Positions 29,450 to 43,910 of a stretch of 64,000 nt of DNA are shown here, piece by piece; position 1 is the first letter of the stretch, and the number at the start of each line of letters is the position of its first letter. The DNA is taken from positions 257,238,001-257,302,000 of the forward strand of contig OZ024742.1 in NCBI GenBank assembly GCA_964016885.1. Reading direction: 5' to 3'. This DNA comes from Eledone cirrhosa. Taxonomy: Eukaryota. A model generated the notes under the pieces. That model worked only from the letters and a program-made list of their open reading frames with translations. It searched no databases and was not told the origin of the DNA. The position numbers were made by a program, and so were the translations under genes.

Positions 29450-29820
29450 ATATAAATATATATATATAACTAAGAAGACCGAAGTTGAACAGAAAGAACC
29501 AATGGAATAACAACAACAAACATACCCAAACAAACAATACTGACTTAAGGGAAATATAAATATATGAATAAAAATATATATATACAAGTAAAATAACAAC
29601 AAACACATATAAACACAAACTAGTAAACAAATATAGAATACAAAACCAAAACACACACCAAACAGTAAACACACACGCAAACGCATGCGCAAAGACAGAA
29701 ACAGGAAGAAATAAAGAAAGAAATTAAATTAAAATGGCGTAGACTTTATAACACAATGGGAGAAACATATATGTACCACTGATGATGTCGGAGATGTGTG
29801 ACGAAAGAACATTGATAGAC
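29450..29820 (+). mobile_element. PLE 3' UTR fragment (same family as the 46.3 kb fragment)
   Basis: Shares AACGCATGCGCAAA and CTGATGA..GATGTGTGACGAAAG with the reverse complement of 46340-46480. Confidence 0.5.
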
Positions 29821-31540
29821 TATATATATATATATATATACTGGATAACAATTTATCGTTATAGGCAATCCACTTAGAGGTAGTCCAGTTAGAGTACTCT
29901 GTGCTGTGCATGGTATTAACGTATGGCTTAGTTTGACTCAACAAGACGCTTCCATAGTGATGCAGCGAGTTCACGCTGATTTCTATGTAGGTTATACTTG
30001 GAGTAATAAAAATTCAAGAGATAAGCGTAACATGGTTGTCTTTACAATAAGGGCTTTATTTCACAGTGCTGACAATTGTTTCTTTGATCTGGTAGGTCTA
30101 GAGTTCGCTAATCGCTAGATGTTGCGTCAATCGAACTCCAATACTTTGTTTATAACCAGTTAATTCATCAGAGCAAGCGAATGTGAGGGTAATATACAAG
30201 GCATAGCTTTTATAGAGGAGTGGTATTAGACCAGAACAATAATATCAATAACAAAATAACTAGATACTGAATAGTTAAATTAATAACATCAATATAAGTG
30301 AGAAATATAATATAATGATAAAATGATAAAACTAGCATGGTAACCGAAGTGATATGATACAGATGTATGAAGTTGACATGTGAAAACTACTATAGGTTAC
30401 TTCAGACGTAGTTTTTGAGGGATGAAGAGATAACTAATAAAATATACCCAGGGACAGATTTTTGGAATTTACCCCTTTAAGGCACGTTAGCAATAACCCG
30501 GAGATTGATTTATGGTCTGATAGATAAGTATTTTCGTTGTATTAACTTAGTTCGAATCATGGGCGTTTAGTTTTCACAACTTCCATGACACATAATGTAT
30601 AATTAAGACAGTAAATCAACAATAAAATATGCAGGGTAAATAGATAGAGAACATGATGAATAAAATTAGGGAGGGGTACATTAAGATTATCATAATAGTA
30701 ATAAGAGGAACATAAGTAAGTAAGAGTTTCAAGGAGTGTAAGGGTTATAATATAATGTACTTAGAATTAGATTCATCTGTTAGAGATCATGGGTGCTAAT
30801 GTGAGATATGTAGATACAATTGTTTGATCCGAAAGAATAAACTACTGCAAATGCTAGATTGATTTATGGGCTGACATGATAATTGGTAGATATCTGTAGA
30901 TATTACTGCTACATCTTGGTGATATAGATGTAGGGAGGCTGGAAGGTGTTTATAGTTCTGAGGTGGGCTGTGTGAGAATGCGGATTTCATATGTTAAATT
31001 CTAAGTGATTTTCCATTAAGTACATGGATGTTGGTTCGATTCACGGTGGTTTAAATCTCGTAAATTTAGTAGCAATCATATGCCTGCGGAAAATTGATTT
31101 TTCTATTTTGCTGTTAAGTAGCATTTTATCGTACCTTCAGATGTGTAGCAATTCAAAATTGCAGAGCCTGCAATGGGACATACCGCTGCTATAGGCCTTT
31201 GCGGACGCTAATTTCCACCAGCTAGTATTGTAATCAAAGTTTTTGTCCTTAAGTTGCCAGATTTATTGGCGGGGGTTGTCTATGTACAAACCATCTTTTT
31301 TTAAAAACACCGCGGTGGATCCAAGGTAGTGCCTGGTGGAGTTGGCCGAGTTTACTGTACACATGTACACTAAGCTAGAATCCAGGCATCTATTCCCTAA
31401 TGGGCACTTATCTATATAGATATGTATATATGTTTATTATAAACACACACAGAGGCACACACGCACACATACATACACATATATACACACACGCACGCAC
31501 GCACACACAAACAAACAAACACACACACAGACACACACAC

Positions 31541-31615
<75 letters not shown>

Positions 31616-31722
31616 TCGTGCAGTCGAATTCAACTGTTTTAGGTGTCAACATTCTGAACGAGTCCTTATCTATCTATCTATCTATCTATGTGTCAATCTA
31701 AGTCTCCCTTTCATCCCGTACA

Positions 31723-31850
<128 letters not shown>

Positions 31851-33789
31851 TAAATAGGAGTGCATGTGCGTGCTCGCGCGCGTGTGTGTGTTATTATGTG
31901 TGTGTATACGTACATAATTCCTGATAAAATGTTTCATGTTTTTATTTCCTACAGATGTTTCAGTGGATCAGCGCACATGTGCGACTTTCATAAAGATTCT
32001 GCTGAATTATATAAAATATACCATGAGTCGTGACTCGGAGCATGTTCCGTTTCCCAGGAAATTTTTGAAATGATTTTATGGATAGCTAGCACCCTGTTAC
32101 ATGCCAGCTGAGCGATGACAAACAACACATAAGCATGGTATATCGCATAAGGTTATACATTACTATGAGCAAATCACTGTATCTTGAGATTACATGTGAG
32201 GATTACCTAACGTCTACCATCGAATTTTTTCGAATTTCGTAATAAATCAAATATGGTGAAATTCTAACATACTGCCTTCTAATTGATTACTTGCATTTTT
32301 ATTTGTGTTGGTTCGTATTACGCTTCCTCCGCATAATATGAAACAACATACTTTAAAAGAGAAATTGTTCTATGCGACCGGATCTGTTATTATAACTTTG
32401 TATCTACACACAAATGTATTTGAACTCACTTCGGTATGACGGAAATATGATACAAAGCATTTAACCTGACACATTAACTCCCAATTGACCGCGTGAATTA
32501 GGAACAATTGAATATAATAATATATTAATGATGCAACAATATGTCATATCTCGTAGTTTCACTAAAAATATTGCGATAACAGATAGGAAATATTAATAAT
32601 TATCTAAATGTTTTCTAATATTTTCGAAACTGCTTGTAATAGATTTCGTTAATCCAGTATCATCTATTTCAATTGGTATTTTACCCCTCTTATTAAATCA
32701 TTGAGTGAAGCAGATAATAAAAGTTGTCATGTCATATAACAGGTAGAAATACGTTTGTAAATCTTCATATTTTCTGCATAGTAAGCACTAACCCATTTAA
32801 AAATCATAGTTCTTATTTTCATTTTGTTTTTCAGAGACAAATGTGAAATATTGTCGACTGAAATTAACATCTTGGAGACTTTAGGCAAGAATTTTATCAC
32901 CGGTTTTGACTGTCGTTATCAACGAACGTCAGATTCAATATTACTAATAAAACTATCGTCATCTTTGACGACAGAGGCGCTCTAGTTTAATTATAAAGAT
33001 CGAATGCAATAACAGTAACATGATGCGAACTGCTGGCTGTTGTTTCCTCCATTGTTGCTCGATTGACACTTTATTCACCATTTTTGTCAGGTGTTACAAG
33101 CCTAAATCAACGATAACTCTATTAGATTATTTCTAATTGCTTTCCGTGTTCTGTCATTACCAGTAGTTTTCAATGATGGATAATACTCTTCACAAATTCA
33201 GCCATATTATTTTGTTCGTGCGGAATCGAAATAATGTATTTTGTATAGCATTAATTCTTTATGTCTGTCTTTTTTATCTAATTCTCTCTCATTATTTCAC
33301 TATTTCGTTCTCTGTCCCTAAAATTATTTTATGACGACAATGGTTCCAAAGTGTCGTACCTCGCGACTAGATGTCTGCTTTTCATCATATATTGTATAAA
33401 TATATAAATATATAATTACTCATCAGACCGCAGATTGCTTTATCCGAATTAAAGGTGCCAAGCGAAATGGCAATTTATGTCAGTTTTATGCAAATGATCA
33501 AATTCTGAACATTTTTTAATGGCATAGTAATTTCATAAAAATGATAGGATTGCCATGAAATTCATGTTTGAATAAATGATTTTAATGATAACTATGTTCT
33601 TTGATGCAATGCGATCTGAGAGAGCAACACCTGCGTCTACCATTGATACATAGTGTAGGCCTTTTAAGACGATAATTTCAATATGTATCTATAGCGCTTG
33701 TCATTCATATTGAAATAAGACTTTATAAATACCAAATAATTTATTTAGGTATAATATTACATTTGATATAAAATAAATAGGAACAAAGT

Positions 33790-33925
33790 ACATTACTGGT
33801 ACTTTATTTTATCGACCGGTAAGGATGAAAGGCAAAGTTAACCCCAGCGAGATTTGAACTCAGATCATAAAGGGACGAACTCTATGCTTCAAAGCATGGA
33901 GTCCGACTCTCTACCGATACTCCAC
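33790..33925 (-). mobile_element. tRNA-derived SINE copy
   Basis: Reverse complement of the 17.4 kb SINE core. Confidence 0.85.
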
Positions 33926-34210
33926 CGTCCTTTGGTCAATCCACCGCCCTTATATCAATAGTAATAATGCAGCATAATTCAAATAAGAGCTTCAAAATTT
34001 CAGTCAGACAGTATATATGTCAGGTATAAACAATCACGCTGCATGTATTTACATATATACAAGTAAACTCAGTCAAAAGTACACGCACCAACGGACGCAG
34101 ACACATACGCTCACACACACGCACATATATATACATACAGAGAGATAGAGGGGATATAGAGAGTAAGAGAGAGAGAGCGAGTGAGAGTGAGAAAGAGAAA
34201 GAGAGAGAGT

Positions 34211-34255
<45 letters not shown>

Positions 34256-34278
34256 TATATATATATACATATATATGT

Positions 34279-34423
<145 letters not shown>

Positions 34424-34985
34424 CTATATAGCACAATTTTTGTTTCGATGTCACGTAAATTCAACCTCATGTCCAATGCTGCACCCCTTGAGCGAATAAG
34501 TTCCAATATATACTTATTTTGACCATTTCCTTCGCTGGGAAATTTAGATGACTGAAACTGAAAAAGCCTGTACATGTGTGTTTGCTTTTTCGTTAATCTA
34601 GCTGTCCGACTAAGTGCAACAATAACAAATATATCGGTACATAAGGGTAAAAGATACAGGATTTATGACATGGAACATTGTAGACTACATAATTTATAAA
34701 GGGGAGTAATTAATAATGCAATATACCATTGCCTTGTTTTCTCAACGTCAAATACATATTTACAAACAGTCTTGCATTGTGAGGATATCACTTGGCAACT
34801 AAGTAATATGGAGACGTGTCATACATATATGGCTTGCACACAGGCGTATACATATAATTTTTGGTGTATAGATGTGTATGATATGTATATATGATTTAAT
34901 GTGTATATGTTTAATTTGTATGATTACACACATACGTATATTAACAGACACATATTATACTTTATAAATTCATGCATATATATAT

Positions 34986-35017
<32 letters not shown>

Positions 35018-35083
35018 TATATATATGTGTCTTTGAGTTTGTACATACACACACACACATGCAGACAAGCACACACACACACT

Positions 35084-35167
<84 letters not shown>

Positions 35168-35515
35168 TACATGTGTGTATGTAATGTTGGTGTATGTCTC
35201 TATTGTTGATTGCCGAATACACATGCAATAAACTCTGTCAGTATTTATTTATGAGACTAGGCTAATAAATCGGCCTACAATTACTCGTAACAAAACTAAC
35301 CGTCTGAAAAAAGAAATACAATTAAATGTATATTCTGATTTTATCAAGCACTAAACGATCAATTGTTGTTGCAGCTTTATTTATTGATACTTGCTACTAG
35401 ACCGCCACTCATATATACTTTATTACGTCGCTTACACTTTTAGACGAATAATATCCTTTTTTTTATATTTTGGTTTTGGTTTCCTATCTATGATGCTCCT
35501 AAAATCATTATTTTT

Positions 35516-35559
<44 letters not shown>

Positions 35560-36307
35560 TATTTTCCTATTTGTTTTTATTGCTTCTTTCTCTTAATATG
35601 TGTGTTGCTGTTCCTTTTGTTGTCAGTTTCTGTTTAGTACTGACCTCCTTCAAATGAACGTGTGTTCATTAACAAAAGATTTTTATGTTAATGCCTTTGT
35701 TTGTTGCTGTGTGTGTTTATTTTTAATTATCTTGCTCTCGATGTTGATTTTGCGGTTGTGGTTGTTCGTTGTATTTTGTAGTTTGTTAGCAATGATGTGT
35801 AATTTTCTTACTAATATTTTATTGAGAAGGAAGAGTGCGCCTATACAGATATTTATCTCCTTAGCGAAATTAAATTTGCTGTAAAACATATATGCAATGA
35901 AATAAAATTGAGAAATGCAAACATAACTAAATATTCATTTAATGATGATAATAACAAGACTATTATTTTTATCTGATTAAAAACATATAGGGCGCATTTT
36001 CAACAGAGATTCCTCAGTCGTAATCAAAAGTTTCCGCAGTGCCAGCGCATAATTTGTATTGTCATCTAATAATGTTTCACTCGAACGTAGTATTAACATG
36101 AACATGGTATTCGCATATATGGCATACTTGTATTGTCCCCCTATGGGATTAAACCTCAAGCAGTCCTCTTTTTAGGGAAATGTTAATTCGTAATAACAGT
36201 TGTAGTTGGGCATATATATGAACGTAAAATGTAAATAGAAAGAACAAATTAAAAGATTTAGTATATGGAAGAAAGATATCAGTTTAACACTTCGAAAAGA
36301 AGAAACA

Positions 36308-36349
36308 GTACCTTAACGTTTCGGACACTAGTCCTTTATCAGAAGGTAC
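36308..36349 (-). ncRNA. Minimal PLE-type hammerhead, core mutated
   Basis: Minus strand: GTACCTT-CTGATAA-AGGA CTAGTG TCC-GAAA-CG-TT-AAGGTAC; 7-bp stem I. Confidence 0.65.
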
Positions 36350-36474
36350 AGTTAGAAATAGAAAGTACAGCGTGATAATAGAACAGAACGAGGAAAATAC
36401 GGAGAAAAAATCATACATGCGTATTGACTCAGCCATAAATACCCCCACCCCCCACACACACATATATATATATG

Positions 36475-37400
36475 AATGCAGGCGATGTTGACTCTATTGC
36501 TCACTCTGAAGATGATATGCAACACAACACGGATTGTTTTGCAGATTCTTGAAATGACTTTGATATGACAATTGATCTGAAAAAGAATAAGATAATGTTC
36601 ACTCTATCATAATGCTAACCATATATTGACCCATATATAATAGTGCATGAAACCACGTTGGGTGTAGTTAACACGTTTGATATTATGGGCAGTGCATTGC
36701 TGAGGAATGCTTCACTGGATGCAGAAATACATATGCGCCTTCAGAAGGCCTCTGTTGCCTTTCGAAAACTTGAAAAGAGATTGTGGGTGGATCAGGGCAT
36801 CACAATCAAGAGAAAGATGTGCTTGTACAAAGCCTGCATAATGAATGTTCTGTTTTCTCTTCAGAAAACTTTAATTTCTTTGATCACTTTAATCAAATGT
36901 CTTTAATACAAATCCTGAACATCAAATGGAGGCAAAAAATATCTCACATAAATCCTTATAGATACTGTTTGCATAAACAGTGAATCTGCCATCCTATCCT
37001 CTCCAATGAGTTGGGTAAGACATGTGGTGCGCATGAATAAGGAAAGGTTCCCAAAACAACGAATGTGCAGTCAATTGCACACTTGGAAACGCCAGCTACA
37101 CAAACTAGGTAACAAATATAAAGAGACAAATGTAAAGAGACAATCTTAAGGATCTAGAGTTTAAAGTTTAGGGCTGGGAAGTATTTGGTTTAAAGAGGGT
37201 TGAATAAAGAGGACATTTGACGAATGGCTGCCAAATATTTGAAGAGAGGCTATTTGACCAAAAATCTTCAGCTTCGAAATAGTAACATCATAAACTCCAA
37301 TAAGAACCTTTGGGAGCTGGAGCTGCGAATTGTGTGGTTTTCTACTGCTATCTAAATCTAGATACATCCCTCATCTAAAATCACATGCAAAGCCAACTCT
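36475..37400 (+). mobile_element. RTE (BovB-like) LINE RT C-terminal fragment, decayed
   Basis: AHSEDDMQ..DCFA, LDAEIHMRLQKASVAFRKLEKRLW, LYKACI, ILNIKWRQKIS, HVVRM..ERFPKQ. Confidence 0.88.
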
Positions 37401-40400
37401 ATGCAATAGTATCCGTCTAATACTATGTGAGACAACATTCGTGTTGTGCAAAACAAATCTGTATATGAGGGTACATAAGTATGACATCTCATATGTCAGA
37501 TTTGCAGCAGACCGTCCAAATCTGCAGCTTGACTTAAAAGCCACCTATGAGGCAATGAACAGACGTTGGGAGTTGGTTTCATAGGGAGACGCCAATCATC
37601 TGCAAAGTTGAAGCAATCACCACATATACAATGTACACCATAGTTGGTTATATTTATAAATCATGTGGTATATATACACACAATCTACACTATATTTAAG
37701 TTTATTGGTTTCTAATTTGATAAACTTCCATACCATAAAATATATTTACGATTATTGGCATTTAAAATGGTATATATGTATATATATAATATTTTTTTTA
37801 TTATTGTGCTCCTAAAATGCACAGTGTTATAATATACATTTCTATTATTGCACCTTGATATTGGGACCCTATGATACACATCCATATGTTTGTAACCCTT
37901 TCTATTATTGGCTCCTGCTATAGAACCATGCGTTTTATACGTTTCTACATCGGATACATCAGTTAGAATTGAAGATACACATCATTGATACACAATCTGA
38001 AATTTCTCATTTTATACAATAAGACAAAAATCCGTGGACAGAAGGATAGTGGAAGCAGCAGAAAGAGTATATGCTTTGTTGTAGAAGACATGAGTAAAAT
38101 GATGAGCAGTGATTTAGACAACAAACGTCGTTGGAGATTTTCTGCTGACATCTACTCCACCTAGGGCTGAATGAATGAGTGTCCGATTTAATTATATTTC
38201 ATAGGTGATTTCACATTACAATCCATATTCCCTGTGATATATTAAAAAATATAATGTCAGTTTAAGCTAGGCCACACTCAGCCAAAAATCAAACATGGTT
38301 TTAATTTAATACATTTTATTAAATCTCTATGGAAACATTTAACTCTGATGGTGAAAGATAATACATTATTTGTTGTCTTTTTAAAATTTGGTTAATTTCC
38401 ATTAAAGCATATTTTGTCTAGAGAAAAGAAAGCATTATAATGTATAACATCTCAATTTTTAATGTTGTATGTGATATTAAAATCTACCAGTAATTTGTAT
38501 CTGCATGTTAATGTTGACATTATACTTTATTTTATTTTTATATCGACCTGTCTATCGAAATGTTTATTAATCCGATATCGATATATTTATTACTATTGCA
38601 GTGACATTTCATTTTTTAATACTGTACATCAGTGTAATATACAGTGTATGTATAAACATATATAAACACCTTGTGATTACTTGCCATATATTTGAAGAGA
38701 AAAATTATTACCCAGTCGTTGAAGAAAATATTCGGGCTCATTTCTCATTTTTTCTAAGTAAACAAATTCTATGTACAAAATGTGCTCGCCTGTATGCTTA
38801 CATATATTAATATATTTACAGATTTATAGAAGGTAATAATTTAATTTTGCGATCATTATATCCCTGGTTAGATCCCACTGCTTTGATTTGACCCATAAAC
38901 GTGGCATGAGATTGGGTAATTGGAAACTCCTTCAAGTCCATCGTATGGAAAGAACTAAAAATTGAAAAGGCAAGCCTTGTCACATATAGTGACACGCTGA
39001 GTCACTCCGATAACTTCTTCTGTCTGTGGAAATCTCGGATTTTTACACTTTAATATATTGAACAGTCTGATCCTCTAATGACAAAATTGGAACTGTGAAG
39101 GTAGTAAACGTTGCAGGTCCGTGCCAGGGCAATAGTGAATTCAGGAAATGTACAGATAGCTGAATCGAGTAATCAAATAAATAAAGCCTCTGCTAAGAAT
39201 TAGTTATATGTACAAATGTGTCTATTCGATATATTCAAACAAACAGTATCAGTGCGATGAGAGACAGTGTGTCAAATAATATATTAAGAAAGGATACATA
39301 GTCTCTAAACGTGGAATTTTACGCAGTGCCTCCAAGTTTATATAAAAATGATACACCGTACGTGGATATGCACTTATAGACTTTGTATCCATAGTTACAT
39401 TTAAAAAAAAGTATGCATTGCATCTAATTCTGCTTTTATAAGCAGTGTGTCCATGGGTATTGAAACATATACATAATAGCTAACCATATATCAATGATCA
39501 GTTTCTCTAAGTGAATATAAAACAGGTATAAATGGCATATAATCGTGTTTATAAGAAGTATGTCCTAGACTACGTTTGTAAAATGGAAACATTATCTAAT
39601 TAATGTTTAAACAGGAACGTAGTTAGGCCTACAAATAGAAATTACTATTTCCACTAAAATATTCTATAAATAGATATGCTGATTATACAGATTTCTAAAT
39701 ATAACGTGGTTACCCATTTGCTCACCATACAGCGACATGAGGAAGGTGAGAGAGATGGAGGCGATCACAGTAGGATCGACTCTTCTACGTTCGGACCATA
39801 TCCTTGTGGTTGTGTTTATCATCTAGATAGAAAATTATTTATTTCAATGGTATATCTGCTTGGACACACTTGACTCTGAAACGCATTATTCCATTTACTT
39901 TGCAAAATTGGTAAAATGTTATACCCCTTTCCTCTCTCTCTCTCTCACTCACTGCCTTTCCCACCTTATCCTCCTACCTTTTCCTCTTTTACCGCGGCTT
40001 CGGTAGGCATATGTACCGTCTGTCAACATTCACCTCCCTCAAGCCTTTACTCTACCTCCGCCTTTGAGCCTTAAATGACTTAGGTTATATTTTTTGAGGC
40101 AGGGGAGCAATGGAACGTGCATTGATTACAGTTTATCCAATATTGTCAATGGTCATCTTGGGGGGGGGGGTGCTGAACATAATAGACGGCGTTCTAACGG
40201 TATTGCCAGTTTATCGTTGATGTTTACCGCTGAAGAAGAAGAAGAAGACGAAGAAGAAGAAGAGGAAGACGGAGGCGGACGATGGGGAGGAAGGCAAGGT
40301 GGAGGAGGAGAGGAGAAGGAGGATGTGTTATACAGAAAAGTGGGAGTGTTAAGGAAATTTAGTAGTAGTTCCGAATTACCTAAACTACCTAACCCTTACA

Positions 40401-40517
40401 AGCTAAAGCCTTGTTAGGGTTAGGTAGTTTAGGTGCGCCCGTAAGTGTATGTCTTTAAATATGCGTATTGAGAAAACAGACTCATACACACATACGCACA
40501 GATCACACACACACTGA

Positions 40518-40677
<160 letters not shown>

Positions 40678-41526
40678 ATAAAACTGTTTAGATGAATTGA
40701 TAATAAAACTGTATAACGCAGTCAGATATTCAAAGCTAGAATGCGATTTTGTTATCAACAGTAATATTGGCAAAATATAGTTAAGAAATTAAGCCAAATT
40801 TCAAATTTCCAGTCATCGTAGTTTTACAAGGTTGGGAAAAAATATATTCATCAGTTTTACAGGTTGGGAAAAAATATATTCATCAGTCATTACAGAATAT
40901 ATTTTTTCCCAACCTGACAATGCATGTCTCTAAACTGAAACAATTCGAAAAAGTTAAACAAGCTTCATATATAGTCGGAAAAACGTTAACAATTATGGGT
41001 ATATATGTATATAAAGTATAGTTTAAATTGACTCATATACTTAATACTTGTATTTTGTCTCGAATAAGCAGTATAGGATTGAAATTAGGGTTTATCAATT
41101 TAATAACGCTTATTTATTAAAGTTACCACAAATTTCTATTCTAACTATATAATGTAAAGGAAATAACATAAATGTTATAGATTCTTATATTAGTAATAAT
41201 GTATTAATCAGTTGTATGATGAATAGAACTATTAACCTAAAAGTTATGACTATTTTCTAATATTGCATACGCGTGCACACACATACACACACGCATACAC
41301 CAACACACACACACATACACCAACAAAAAAACACAGGCATCAACACACACAGAGGCACCAACAAATATATAATACAGTTTAATTGTGCCAAGAAACAGAC
41401 ATACACATACAAGATCATATGTGTGTCCATCTATATTTACACTGTGCATAAACTCTATAAATATCGCCCTCCAATGGTAGGGAAATTTATTTTTAATTTG
41501 TTGATGAGAAACTTGACTATGAGGTG

Positions 41527-41579
<53 letters not shown>

Positions 41580-41581
<2 letters not shown>

Positions 41582-42130
41582 CGGTTTTAACCCTCGGAGT
41601 GTTAAGTTTGAAGAACGCCCTAACTATTGGTGTAGATACCTCTCGGCTGAAGGGGTGGAGTGTTGTACCAAGTAAATTGCCAATTCTTATTTCTTCTAAG
41701 TGGTCTTGGGTTTTGTTTTAGACAGGTAATCTTTTCTTTGAAGCCACTGTTGGAAAGGGCTTCGTTATAATAAGGGGAAGAGCTGTAAGAAGGTCTTCAT
41801 TGGCTGAGAGACCAGAGATTCTAAGTGAGACACTTTTAACTAAATTATCAGTAATAATTCTGGGGTGGTTTGAACTAACATCAATGTATCTAAGTGATTC
41901 GTTAAGTTTGTGGTAATAGAGGGAATATCTAAATCTAAAGTGACATCTAAAATGTTGGCCCTGGTCATATTTGATTCTATGGGTATTCTAAAACCTAGAT
42001 TACGGAAAAACCATCTTAAGTTTTTCCCAAACCCATCCCAATAACCATCTGCCCTACCACCAGACAATGTATAAGTACCACGATATCACTTTGACAGTCG
42101 GCTTTCCTGATGATTCCCTTCGAGTGAAAT
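41580..42130 (-). mobile_element. Decayed PLE RT fragment related to the 426-3982 element
   Basis: ANILDVTLDL, YIDVSSNHP, LRISGLSANE..PYYNEAL remnants. Confidence 0.75.
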
Positions 42131-42267
42131 AGTTCTAGGTCTGTAGAAGCCATTTCTATACTAAATATTCATAATCTGGTATGTATTGAGTATGTTACTT
42201 ACAGTGGTTACCCCCGATTGTACCTGGGATAGACATACAAACACACATATATATACATACCCCCCCC

Positions 42268-42312
<45 letters not shown>

Positions 42313-42469
42313 TGGAATAAATGCTCTGAAATAGCGATATATATGTGAATATAGACATAGAATATTCGAAAATATTCTGTATGTTTATAATAAACATTTT
42401 GAAGACCTAATCGCTATAGAATAGAATACGTCACGTATTACAATTAGATTCTCGATAAAAGCAAGGGAA

Positions 42470-42512
42470 GTAATCTACGCGTTTCATTCTTGTTAGAATT
42501 CATCAGGACTAC
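42470..42512 (-). ncRNA. Same hammerhead on the minus strand; copies at 42780, 43090, 43400
   Basis: Exact reverse complement of 43868-43910. Confidence 0.92.
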
Positions 42513-43867
42513 ATATCCAGTGCTTTTATCGAGAATGACACAGCTAGAGACTTATAGAATACTTAGCTGTGTACAGGAACTGGTTTGAAAGAGCGGTTGC
42601 CGGTCCGGCAGAAATTAGAAATTGGAATAAATGCTCTGAAATAGCGATATATATGTGAATATAGACATAGAATATTCGAAAATATTCTGTATGTTTATAA
42701 TAAACATTTTGAAGACCTAATCGCTATAGAATAGAATACGTCACGTATTACAATTAGATTCTCGATAAAAGCAAGGGAAGTAATCTACGCGTTTCATTCT
42801 TGTTAGAATTCATCAGGACTACATATCCAGTGCTTTTATCGAGAATGACACAGCTAGAGACTTATAGAATACTTAGCTGTGTACAGGAACTGGTTTGAAA
42901 GAGCGGTTGCCGGTCCGGCAGAAATTAGAAATTGGAATAAATGCTCTGAAATAGCGATATATATGTGAATATAGACATAGAATATTCGAAAATATTCTGT
43001 ATGTTTATAATAAACATTTTGAAGACCTAATCGCTATAGAATAGAATACGTCACGTATTACAATTAGATTCTCGATAAAAGCAAGGGAAGTAATCTACGC
43101 GTTTCATTCTTGTTAGAATTCATCAGGACTACATATCCAGTGCTTTTATCGAGAATGACACAGCTAGAGACTTATAGAATACTTAGCTGTGTACAGGAAC
43201 TGGTTTGAAAGAGCGGTTGCCGGTCCGGCAGAAATTAGAAATTGGAATAAATGCTCTGAAATAGCGATATATATGTGAATATAGACATAGAATATTCGAA
43301 AATATTCTGTATGTTTATAATAAACATTTTGAAGACCTAATCGCTATAGAATAGAATACGTCACGTATTACAATTAGATTCTCGATAAAAGCAAGGGAAG
43401 TAATCTACGCGTTTCATTCTTGTTAGAATTCATCAGGACTACATATCCAGTGCTTTTATCGAGAATGACACAGCTAGAGACTTATAGAATACTTAGCTGT
43501 GTACAGGAACTGGTTTGAAAGAGCGGTTGCCGGTCCGGCAGAAATTAGAAATTGGAATAAATGCTCTGAAATAGCGATATATATGTGAATATAGACATAG
43601 AATATTCGAAAATATTCTGTATGTTTATAATAAACATTTTGAAGACCTAATCGCTATAGAATAGAATACGTCACGTTTATTATAAACATACAGAATATTT
43701 TCGAATATTCTATGTCTATATTCACATATATATCGCTATTTCAGAGCATTTATTCCAATTTCTAATTTCTGCCGGACCGGCAACCGCTCTTTCAAACCAG
43801 TTCCTGTACACAGCTAAGTATTCTATAAGTCTCTAGCTGTGTCATTCTCGATAAAAGCACTGGATAT

Positions 43868-43910
43868 GTAGTCCTGATGAATTCTAACAAGAATGAAACG
43901 CGTAGATTAC
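43868..43910 (+). ncRNA. Minimal type I hammerhead; identical copies at 44178, 44488, 44798, 45108, 45418, 45728, 46038
   Basis: GTAGTC-CTGATGA-ATTCT AACA AGAAT-GAAA-CGCG-TA-GATTAC; predicted cleavage after 43904 (GUA); enclosed by a 16-bp stem ATTCTCGATAAAAGCA/TGCTTTTATCGAGAAT. Confidence 0.92.

Noticed and set aside
30550-31310. Possible decayed LINE
   Set aside because: Compositional hint only; no convincing motif series.
40094-40417. Acidic Gly-rich 107-aa ORF
   Set aside because: Low-complexity (GAA)n/(GGA)n sequence with a non-ATG start and no domain.
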